A stretch of 64,000 nt of DNA from a virus: positions 64,001 through 128,000 of the IMG/VR virus record IMGVR_UViG_3300029305_006221, one strand, 5' to 3'. Positions 55,420-63,295 of this stretch are shown in pieces. Within the stretch, counting starts at the first letter, position 1. Each line of letters opens with the position of its first letter. The notes under the pieces are model-generated. The model was not told the origin of the DNA and ran no database searches. It saw nothing but the letters and a program-made list of their open reading frames with translations. The translations under genes were made by a program, and so were the position numbers.

Positions 55420-56124
55420 ATGGAAAATTTAAAGAAAATGAAAGAATGTCTTATTGGCGTTGCTGAAGGACAAGTTTATGGAAACCTTGAAAAAGTCAAT
55501 GCTGAAGAGCTTGGCGAAGTAATGGATATGATTAAAGACCTTTCTGAAGCTGTTTACTATTGCACTATAACAGAATCAATGGAAAAGCAAGCTAATGAAG
55601 AAAAAGGCAGTATGCCTATGTATTATTCTCCATACCCAGCAGAAATGTATGATCCTCGTTATGATGAGAGATATTATCCTGGCACTATGTATGCGCAAGG
55701 CGGCAATAGTGGTGGCAGAGGCTCTTCATCAAATGGTGGTAACGGCGGTCGTTCTTCTGGTGGAAACAATGCTCGCGGAGGCGGCACTAGAGGATATATG
55801 GATGGAATGATCAGACGCTATGATGACGGACAAACATCCTACTCTATGTATAATGATGGAGGAGCTTCTTCATATTCTATGTATCATGAACCTATGCCCT
55901 ATATTTATAGAGACGGTATGATGCAGGACCCAAGACATGCAATGATGCGCGACCCTAAAGAAGGAAGAAGCGGTGAGCGCCGCAAGATGTATATGGAAGG
56001 AAAAGGACATCATGACAAGTCCAAACAAATGCAGGAACTTGAATCTTATATGCAAGAGCTTGCAAATGATATGACTGAAATGATTCAAGATGCATCTCCA
56101 GAAGAGAAACAACTTCTTCAATAG
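55420..56124 (+). CDS. Tyr/Gly/Met-rich low-complexity protein, 234 aa. Spore-coat-like composition
   Basis: Intact ORF. Reads ...MYYSPYPAEMYDPRYDERYYPGTMYAQGGNSGGRGSSSNGGNGGRSSGGNNARGGGTRGYMDG... Confidence 0.5.
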   Translation: MENLKKMKECLIGVAEGQVYGNLEKVNAEELGEVMDMIKDLSEAVYYCTITESMEKQANEEKGSMPMYYSPYPAEMYDPRYDERYYPGTMYAQGGNSGGRGSSSNGGNGGRSSGGNNARGGGTRGYMDGMIRRYDDGQTSYSMYNDGGASSYSMYHEPMPYIYRDGMMQDPRHAMMRDPKEGRSGERRKMYMEGKGHHDKSKQMQELESYMQELANDMTEMIQDASPEEKQLLQ

Positions 56125-56156
56125 AAGATCTCTATGTTAGCATCTAAAGTAAAATA

Positions 56157-56480
56157 ATGTTTACTATTAATGGAGAATATTGGTAGATAGTTTTAGTTTA
56201 TCCATACGACGTTGCACTTTTAATGCCAAATGGTAGATATGCTTTAGGAGCGTGTAATGATACTACTAAAACTATCTATATCAGTAATGCGCTTCATAGT
56301 GAGATGTTTGAGCAGGTATTGTGTCATGAATTAGTACATGCCTCAATGTTTGCGTATAATGTCCTGTTAGAGCACGATGAAGAGGAGTTAATTGCAGAAA
56401 TTATTTCTGTGTTTGGAGAGGAGATTATAGACATTACTGATATGATGTTTGAAAGAATAAAAAGAGGAAGATATAGATAA
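56157..56480 (+). CDS. ImmA/IrrE-family-like zinc metallopeptidase (HEXXH) small protein, 107 aa with 1 TAG
   Basis: ATG 56157. An in-frame TAG at 56184 joins it to ORF-track ORF 56223..56480. Motif TIYISNALHSEMFEQVLCHELVHA. Confidence 0.45.
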
Positions 56481-56495
56481 TATATCTTCCTCTTT
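56461..56495. terminator. bidirectional palindromic terminator between two convergent genes
   Basis: AAAGAGGAAGATATA-gataa-TATATCTTCCTCTTT, with the TAA of the ImmA-like gene in its loop. Confidence 0.6.
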
Positions 56496-56498
56496 TGT

Positions 56499-57008
56499 TT
56501 ACCATTCCAAAGCTGCGGTATAATCTTTTTCTTTTTTAGGATTAAGATAGGCATGGCCTATGCATACGGCATCTGCTATATCATCATTGGTTAAAGATAG
56601 ATTATATGTTTTATTTGCGAAATCAATATCTTTTTGCTTTTTCTATTCTCGTTTAGAGCTGCGTCCATCTTCTATGCCACATACTGAGCGCCAAGAGCTA
56701 GGATAAATCATTTCAATCTATACCTCTGGATGTTTATCGTGCATTTCAATATGAATTAATGCCTATAAATACATTAATGCACGAAATGTATTTGTGTTTT
56801 TACTATGATCTGGAATAACTTCTTCCATTACAATCTAATTAATTCCTAGCTAATCTACGACAGCTAGAATATTGTCCACCATTTTATGTATTCTTTTATA
56901 TAGATCTGTAGATGAAGAGGTAATACAAGCCTATCCAATTAATTCTTTATCTTTAAAAATTGCAATTCCTGTTGCTTTAGTTGAAGCATCTAATGCCAAT
57001 AAGTACAT
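56499..57008 (-). CDS. RuvC-like Holliday-junction resolvase, 169 aa with 6 TAG read as sense. Absent from the ORF track
   Basis: GGAGGTG RBS, then ATG at 57008. Reads MYLLALDASTKATGIAIFKDKELIG(TAG)ACITSS... The LALDASTKATGIAIF segment resembles the RuvC catalytic N-terminal motif. No TAA or TGA until 56501-56499. Confidence 0.65.
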
Positions 57009-57050
57009 AAATGCACCTCCATTCTGGATATATTATATTTTAAATTTTTT

Positions 57051-57087
57051 AAAAAATCAAAAAGAGCGAGATTTAATCTCGCTCTTT
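57051..57087 (-). terminator. rho-independent palindromic terminator after dut
   Basis: AAAGAGCGAGAT-tta-ATCTCGCTCTTT then TTGATTTTTT on the minus strand. Confidence 0.7.
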
Positions 57088-57090
57088 AAA

Positions 57091-57576
57091 TTATTTATTT
57101 CCACTTGACCCAAAGCCACCATCTGCTCGAGCAGTAGTTCCAATTGATTTTACTTCGTTAAATTCAACACGTAAGAAAGGTTGAACAATTAGTTGCGCAA
57201 TACGTTCACCATGTTCTATTACTTGCATTTCATCAGAATCATTTTTAAGAGCCACTATGACGGCGCCTCTATAGTCTGCATCAATGATGCCAACAGTGTT
57301 TGCTAATACAAGACCTCTTTTTGTTGCCATTCCGCTTCGTGGATAGATTGCGCCAAAGGTGCCCCGAGGCAGCGCAATAGCAATGCCTGTAGAAATTTTT
57401 TTATAGGTGTGAGGTGGAATTACAATCTTATCTAATCCTTCTAGGTCAGCATGAAGATCCCAACCAGCTGCCTGTTCACTTCCTCTCACCGGCGCCTGTG
57501 CAGTAGATGTAAGCTTTACAAAATCGATTTCATTAGCGGGCTTCGGAGTAACTATATATCCATTTTTTATATTCAT
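57091..57576 (-). CDS. dut: dUTP diphosphatase (dUTPase), 161 aa
   Basis: Motifs AAGWDLHA, RSGMATKRGLVLANTVGIIDADYRG and FGSSG. Confidence 0.85.
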   Translation of the reverse strand: MNIKNGYIVTPKPANEIDFVKLTSTAQAPVRGSEQAAGWDLHADLEGLDKIVIPPHTYKKISTGIAIALPRGTFGAIYPRSGMATKRGLVLANTVGIIDADYRGAVIVALKNDSDEMQVIEHGERIAQLIVQPFLRVEFNEVKSIGTTARADGGFGSSGNK

Positions 57577-57578
57577 AA

Positions 57579-57830
57579 TTAAAACGCTCCTATCTTATAT
57601 TCTACTGAGGCTTCACCACAGGGTTGCTTAGGATCATCAAATCCTTTCACCAAGGTGACTATATAATATTCGTCTACTATTTCACCTTTTTGCTTTCTTT
57701 CTTTTTTTACAGAGGAATATTTTACAAGAATATAGCGTCCATCTGCTTTTGCTGCATTGATAAGCTCTGCCGCTTCATGCTCAGTATCTGCACGATGTTC
57801 TTCTGTTGTTTTTATTAGATATTTTCCCAT
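57579..57830 (-). CDS. hypothetical protein, 83 aa
   Basis: Intact ORF with no TAG. Confidence 0.5.
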   Translation of the reverse strand: MGKYLIKTTEEHRADTEHEAAELINAAKADGRYILVKYSSVKKERKQKGEIVDEYYIVTLVKGFDDPKQPCGEASVEYKIGAF

Positions 57831-57841
57831 ACACCTTCTCC

Positions 57842-58102
57842 TTAAACATATTTAAAAATAAGTTCCGTTTTTTCATAATCATTTATCTGTGCGTTTTTTA
57901 ACATATGCTCTATTCCTTCCATATAAAGGCGAGAACCTGATAAATCAATATGATTAATATTATAATTTTTTAGCAATGCAAAAACGACATCTTCTAAATT
58001 TTCTATTTGTATTCCTATTGACTCTACTTTCTTCCCATCTACATAAGCGTAAACATATTGAAAGGGTCCAACAGGCTCTCCACGAATTATAAGTTTATTC
58101 AT
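57842..58102 (-). CDS. hypothetical protein, about 86 aa. The ORF track shows 57842..58174
   Basis: The internal ATG at 58102 is preceded by a GAGGAGGA RBS. The longer version would overlap the upstream gene by 62 nt. Confidence 0.45.
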   Translation of the reverse strand: MNKLIIRGEPVGPFQYVYAYVDGKKVESIGIQIENLEDVVFALLKNYNINHIDLSGSRLYMEGIEHMLKNAQINDYEKTELIFKYV

Positions 58103-58112
58103 ATTATCCTCC

Positions 58113-58544
58113 TCAATACTCAAGCACTGCTTCACCATATGGGAAAAGGTAATAAGCAAAACATCCTTCAACAAGATCTTTAATCCAAAACTCCCATACT
58201 CCGTCTGGCTGTAATTCGGCTGAAAGTAAAGTTCCGCGGTTTGTTAAACATTCTATAATATCAAAGGCTGCGTCCATTACCATTTTATCTTGTGGTATTT
58301 TCCAAGAATTGGTTTTATCAAGATTAAATAGAGTATAATCTCTGCGCTCGTGACAGAGTAGCATAAAATATTTTTGTGCAAATAATTCTATGAGCCAGTT
58401 TTTAAGAGCGGTTTCAGTATTCATAATTTCATTATCTGTTAAAGCAATTTCTTTTTCCATAAGTTGCTTATTCATATCATAGAGATTTCCAAGAGCAACT
58501 TCAGAAGTTTTCTTTGGAATTTTATCTTCATAATTGGCTTTCAT
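58113..58544 (-). CDS. hypothetical protein, 143 aa
   Basis: Intact ORF downstream of the promoter at 58578-58606. Confidence 0.5.
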   Translation of the reverse strand: MKANYEDKIPKKTSEVALGNLYDMNKQLMEKEIALTDNEIMNTETALKNWLIELFAQKYFMLLCHERRDYTLFNLDKTNSWKIPQDKMVMDAAFDIIECLTNRGTLLSAELQPDGVWEFWIKDLVEGCFAYYLFPYGEAVLEY

Positions 58545-58577
58545 TAACTTTTCTTCTCCTTATCACTTTATAAAATA

Positions 58578-58606
58578 ATTATAACTTAATTTTTTATAAA
58601 ATTCAA
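58578..58606 (-). promoter_or_regulatory. sigma-70 near-consensus promoter (TTGAAT-17-TATAAT) on the minus strand
   Basis: Minus strand reads agaTTGAATtttataaaaaattaagtTATAATtat. Confidence 0.6.
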
Positions 58607-58797
58607 TCTTCTACTTTAATATATAAGCCACAGTTACATATCGTTCCTTTTGGCGCTTCACGAAATTCTTTACACATACATAAAGTATCTTGATTTCTAA
58701 AAGGCTCCAATACACAAGGGCAATGACCTTGAGATGCACGAATTGATGCGCGTATTTCCTGCGCAAGTTCTTCGCTTGCATATTTTTGAATTTTCAT
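58603..58797 (-). CDS. small triple-CxC protein (CPC...CMC...CNC), 64 aa. Resembles the ferredoxin-thioredoxin reductase catalytic subunit
   Basis: Reads ...QGHCPCVLEPFRNQDTLCMCKEFREAPKGTICNCGLY. The FTR catalytic chain has CPC/CPC/CHC at similar spacing. Confidence 0.35.
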   Translation of the reverse strand: MKIQKYASEELAQEIRASIRASQGHCPCVLEPFRNQDTLCMCKEFREAPKGTICNCGLYIKVED

Positions 58798-59279
58798 TAG
58801 CTAATCCTTTCTGCATATTGATTTGGACTAGCAAGTTTTACTCCAAGTATATCATCAAAGTGAGATTCCATATCTGGAATATAGCGTCCAAATTTTACAA
58901 TAATATTTGAAAAATGTTTTAATTGATTTAATTGATCTTCAATCTCATCATCATAATATCCTGTGTAAATAACAACATCATCTTCTATTAAATAACATTC
59001 TCTAAAAACAAAGAGAAAGTCATATAAGTCTTCAAAGGTATCAAAAGGCTCCAATCCTTGAAATACTATTGCATGTGTAAACGGAGTCTTTTGATATAGC
59101 TCAATAATAGAGTCTATTGAATAATCAAGAGTTGGCATATTTGCCAATGTACTATTTTGACACACTGGCATGCCGCATTCTCGATCACATTTAAAACCTT
59201 TGCAATAAGGAGTTTCTATTGTTAAAGAAGGAATTTTATAATTAACGAAATCTTCTGTTATAATTCCTTTGACTTTCAT
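58797..59279 (-). CDS. nrdG: anaerobic ribonucleotide reductase activating protein (small radical-SAM NrdG type), 160 aa
   Basis: Cys cluster YCKGFKCDRECGMPVC. Overlaps the nrdD stop. Typical nrdD-nrdG arrangement. Confidence 0.65.
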   Translation of the reverse strand: MKVKGIITEDFVNYKIPSLTIETPYCKGFKCDRECGMPVCQNSTLANMPTLDYSIDSIIELYQKTPFTHAIVFQGLEPFDTFEDLYDFLFVFRECYLIEDDVVIYTGYYDDEIEDQLNQLKHFSNIIVKFGRYIPDMESHFDDILGVKLASPNQYAERIS

Positions 59280-62200
59280 TTTTTATTTACTGGCTCCCAT
59301 TTTCTCATTTTATATTCATTTGTGCGCTCTTTTGACCAAGTTTTAATCGGTGTATAAAAGCCTACAATTCTTGTATATTCGGTTTCAACTGGACGACCAC
59401 AAACGGGGCATTCGTGACCATAAAACGCATGATTATTATCGCAAGCTTGGATTTTAGTATTAAAAGCAAAATATGTTACTCCAGCATCAGAAATATAGTT
59501 AACCATTTCCCAAGCTTTATCAAAATTGTCAAATGGAGCATCAATATTGGCGTGAAGAATTGAACCTCCATTGCAGTAGCCATCAAACTCCGCGGCAATT
59601 CTAACACGTTCCGCAAGAGTAGTTTGAATACCAAGAGGAATAAATTGATTGCCATATAAAGGAAGATCAAAGATATCAGAATCTGGATAGAAGAATTTAT
59701 CTTTACGCATTAGTTTGGCGGCGGCTGACTCTCCAGGGATCTGCTCTGTGTTAATATGATAGTCGGCACTCATATCTTCAATAAACTGATCAGCAACCTC
59801 ACGCATCGTTTGGAAAATTCTCTGACCAAGCGAAGACGCTTCTTCTGTATAGTATACATTTCCAAAATCATCTGTGCGAGTATAGCCAAAGCGCTTCATT
59901 GTTTCATAAACGCCAATAAAGCCAATAGTGTTATAGAGATGTTCAAAATCTACAAGCCCCATAGAGAAATTGGGGAGAAGTCCTTTTTCAACATTACGAC
60001 GAATAATATTTCTAACACAATGAAGAGCCTGAAGATTAAGTAAAGTGCGCTTTCTTAATTCCATTAGATATTCAAATTCACTATTCGTATCAAGCGCCAG
60101 GCGCGCAAGATTAATAGTAGATACTTTTACAGAACCAACTTTAAGCGCAGTACCTCCGATACTATTAAAATAACCCAGATCCTTAATATCGCTCTTTAAA
60201 CGGCAACAGTTGGAAAGTGAAGTCACAGAGTCATCAATAAACAAGTTACTATCTGACCAACGCATGTTATGCTTTACGGCCCAGCGCGCAAATTCCTCAT
60301 CTTGGAACTCTCCATCTTGTTTTAGCAAAGAGATTGAAAGCACTGGGAAAGTAAACATATTATGAGATCTAATTTCTGCAACTTCTTCCATGTACCATTT
60401 TTGAAACTCAATAATATCCTCTTCATAGTCAATCATAAAGCTGCCATCGGGAAATTCGCTACCGCCAAATAATGCTTCATAATAGGGGCGATCAAATACA
60501 CTTGTGTTAGTAAAAGCGCTTTGCGAACCATCACGAACATAAGGCTGATTTACGGCGTAGACAAAACGCTGAAAGTTCTGGCGCGCATATTTTTCAGCAT
60601 TGCCACTTGAAGCTAAGCCAAGGTAATCAGACTCAACGTCTTTATGCCAAAAATACCACATATAAGGAATAAGGTTAGGCAAACCGACGGCGCCTGATGA
60701 ACGATTAGATGCATAACTAATATATTCTTTAACGAAGTCTACAAAAGTTGTTAAATGTTTTGCAGGTTCGGGATTAAATGGAGCTCCTATAAAATAAAGT
60801 CCTTTTTCGGCTAAATCTTTTAGATCATAAGCAAAACAGTTATGAGATAGAATATTATTACAAATAAAATGACCTGTTTCTGTTGTTAAGTCATATACCT
60901 CAGGGCATTCATCAATATACTCTGAGTTATCAATAATTGAAACCCATCCATAGTTGTATTCATATTGTTTATTTTTAAAATTGCCTTTTCGAGTTAAAGG
61001 CGTATATTTTTCTTGAATTTTAACGCTTCCAATGTTTAAAAAATATTCCTCATTTGTAAGAGTAAAGCCGATACCGAACATTGGTAGCTTTTGTTCAAAG
61101 CTTCCAATTCTATTATATCTAAATGGTGTTCTATCTCCTACAAAGATTCCTTTTGAGTGCAAATACATGCTTAACTGGCGACAAAGAACTTCTGAAGCAA
61201 TACGGATATGACAATGTCTATTCTTATATCCATCAATAGTACCATCTCCATCAATCATTCCTGCAATAACCCCATCCATAAAATCTGATGGTAATTGCAT
61301 AAAATAAGAAGGCAAACATTTATTAACAGAAGTTTGTTTATTGAATAAAGAAATTAACCATTTTTGGAATTCACTGTTGTGCAGATAAAATTTTCTATCT
61401 CCACTTTCTGCAAAAGGAATTTCATGAGTATTTAAAATTTGTCTCATTTTCTCTGCTTGAATAGAATTTAATTTTTGTGCTATAACAAATTGTCTATTAT
61501 TTATAACATTGCCTTCAGATAAGGCCATGCCAGTGACCCATCCTAAATCTTTTAATTGATTTTGTTTAAAAGGCAATTCGCAATTGAATGAGCAAGAGGG
61601 TTGAATGGTAAAGACACGATATTCATCATTTACATCTTTTGCAGGAATGTCGCCACAATCTGTAATAATAGGATGGTCTTCAGTTACAATTTGCGATAAA
61701 CCATTTGCTAACTTAATAAAACGCATAGACTTATTATTTGTGTGTTTAACTGCGCGAGTAACCTTAGTCCAACATTTTTCTCCAGTTTCTTCATTAATAT
61801 CAAGTACCTCAATATTTTTTGGAAATAATGCTTTTTGCTCAATAGATACATCATAACGCTCTTCTGCTTCGGTATCCATTGCAAGAATATTGTCATATAA
61901 CTCTTTTAAAGCAAAAGTATATTCACGGTGTATTCTATCTCTTACTGTTACAAGCTCTTCACCTTTATAACAGTAGTGTTTAAAAGTGCTAGTATCAGCA
62001 TCATGCATGTAAAGCTGTCCTACCCATTCAGATTTTAACCATTCATTGGCTGTTTTAAATCCAAACTCTTTTTGCATTTCATAATGAATTTTATTATATG
62101 CCAATAATTTTCTATGTGGTTTTGGCATTTCATTAAGAAGTGTTACTATATCTTTTTTACTGACGTTACTATTGCCATCAATACTCGCATCCGCAACTAC

Positions 62201-62350
62201 TTTGGTATCAATAAAATTATCAATAAAATCAACATAGCTCAATTGATTATCGTCAAAGCCATTGAGTCTAGCAATATCTGTTCCATATTCAGCCTAAAGC
62301 TTATTATAGGCTGTGGTAAAATTCTTTTTTAGTCTAACATTAATGTCCAT
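59276..62350 (-). CDS. nrdD: anaerobic ribonucleoside-triphosphate reductase with an intein, 1024 aa from ATG 62350. One in-frame TAG at codon 19. The ORF track starts at TTG 62242
   Basis: Extein motifs LYMHDADTSTFKHY / CFAYDLKDL, and a C-terminal Zn ribbon and glycyl-radical region (CPVCG, RIVGFYTP). Upstream of TTG 62242 the frame stays open through TAG 62296-62294 to ATG 62350. That ATG overlaps the nrdH stop (ATGGACATTAATG). Encoded N-terminus MDINVRLKKNFTTAYNKL(TAG)AEYGTDIARLNGFDDNQ. Confidence 0.85.
60839..61972 (-). mobile_element. intein (378 aa) with a LAGLIDADG homing-endonuclease domain, inserted in nrdD
   Basis: N-terminal Cys (CYKGEELVTV), block B TEDHPIIT, LAGLIDADG-like motifs LGWVTGMALSEGNV and GVIAGMIDGDGTIDG, C-terminal ILSHN followed by +1 Cys. 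The extein junction HY|CFAYDL matches the conserved NrdD N-terminal region. Confidence 0.7.
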
Positions 62351-62573
62351 TTGGGTGCTCCTTTATCCAGTTATTTATCCATTTAATAGCGTTTGGTCCA
62401 ACAAAGGCTCCAACTTCTGTAACTAAAACAGGAGCTCCTTGATATCCAAGTGCTATAATAGCATCTATATCCTCAATATGAGTATATTGAATTCCTGCTG
62501 CGTCCATCTTCATTTTAAGAACTTTGCATTGAGGACACCCAGGCTTTGAGTAGAAAGTAAATTTCATTGTCAT
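62340..62573 (-). CDS. nrdH: NrdH-like glutaredoxin, 77 aa
   Basis: CPQC redox motif at the N-terminus. Adjacent to nrdD. Confidence 0.65.
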   Translation of the reverse strand: MTMKFTFYSKPGCPQCKVLKMKMDAAGIQYTHIEDIDAIIALGYQGAPVLVTEVGAFVGPNAIKWINNWIKEHPNGH

Positions 62574-62626
62574 TTTCTCCTTATCATTTGATTTTGCGTT
62601 TATATATAAAAATTATTATAAATAAA

Positions 62627-63295
62627 TTATTCAGCACTGCCCTCAATATCAGTTGATTCAGCTTTTTTCGACATTGAGCTCTCCCAGCGCTTAATGGTCT
62701 CGAACTGAGTATCTACATCGAGTGTCTGCCACATTGTTTCAAATTCTTCAATGCAACTATTGCAGTCTTCTAAAAGGTCAAGACTTGTGCCATCATAATT
62801 TTCAATATTATATCTATCAAAATCAAGGTCTGCAAAATCTTTTTCATCAGTAAAGTAGCGCCTGCACATTTCTGCACAATCGGGATATTCTTCTCTATTA
62901 AGATATCGCATTAATCGCTGCTTATCAGGCGCCACTATTTCAAATACTTTAACATTAAGGCGAGGATCTTCAAGTAGAGCTTCAACCCCTGCAGGATTAA
63001 ATACTCCAATATTGATTTTATCTTTTGCAAGAGAATCAAGAGTGGTTCCATAAAACCAATCTCTAAACTCTGTTGCTTCAAGCATATCTCCATTAAGTAC
63101 CTTGCGTGTAAACTCATTAAGTGAAATAAAGTGGTAATCTACTCCTTCTACTTCCCCCTCTCGCGCTGGACGTGTCGTGCAGCTAACAATAGGGTGAAAC
63201 ATGAGAGGGTGTAATTCGCAAGTTGCCTTTTGAATTGAATCTTTACCTGCGCCCGCTTTTCCAATGAGCGCGACTACTTGATATTTATTTTCCAT
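62627..63295 (-). CDS. guanylate-kinase-like nucleotide kinase, 222 aa
   Basis: P-loop IGKAGAGKDS and the guanylate-kinase signature CTTRPAREGEVEGVDYHFIS. Confidence 0.55.
   Translation of the reverse strand: MENKYQVVALIGKAGAGKDSIQKATCELHPLMFHPIVSCTTRPAREGEVEGVDYHFISLNEFTRKVLNGDMLEATEFRDWFYGTTLDSLAKDKINIGVFNPAGVEALLEDPRLNVKVFEIVAPDKQRLMRYLNREEYPDCAEMCRRYFTDEKDFADLDFDRYNIENYDGTSLDLLEDCNSCIEEFETMWQTLDVDTQFETIKRWESSMSKKAESTDIEGSAE

Noticed and set aside
56324-56554. ORF-track ORF 56324..56554 on the minus strand
   Set aside because: It is fully overlapped by the better-supported plus-strand ImmA-like gene and by the bidirectional terminator. The real minus-strand gene here is the TAG-containing RuvC-like ORF at 56499..57008.
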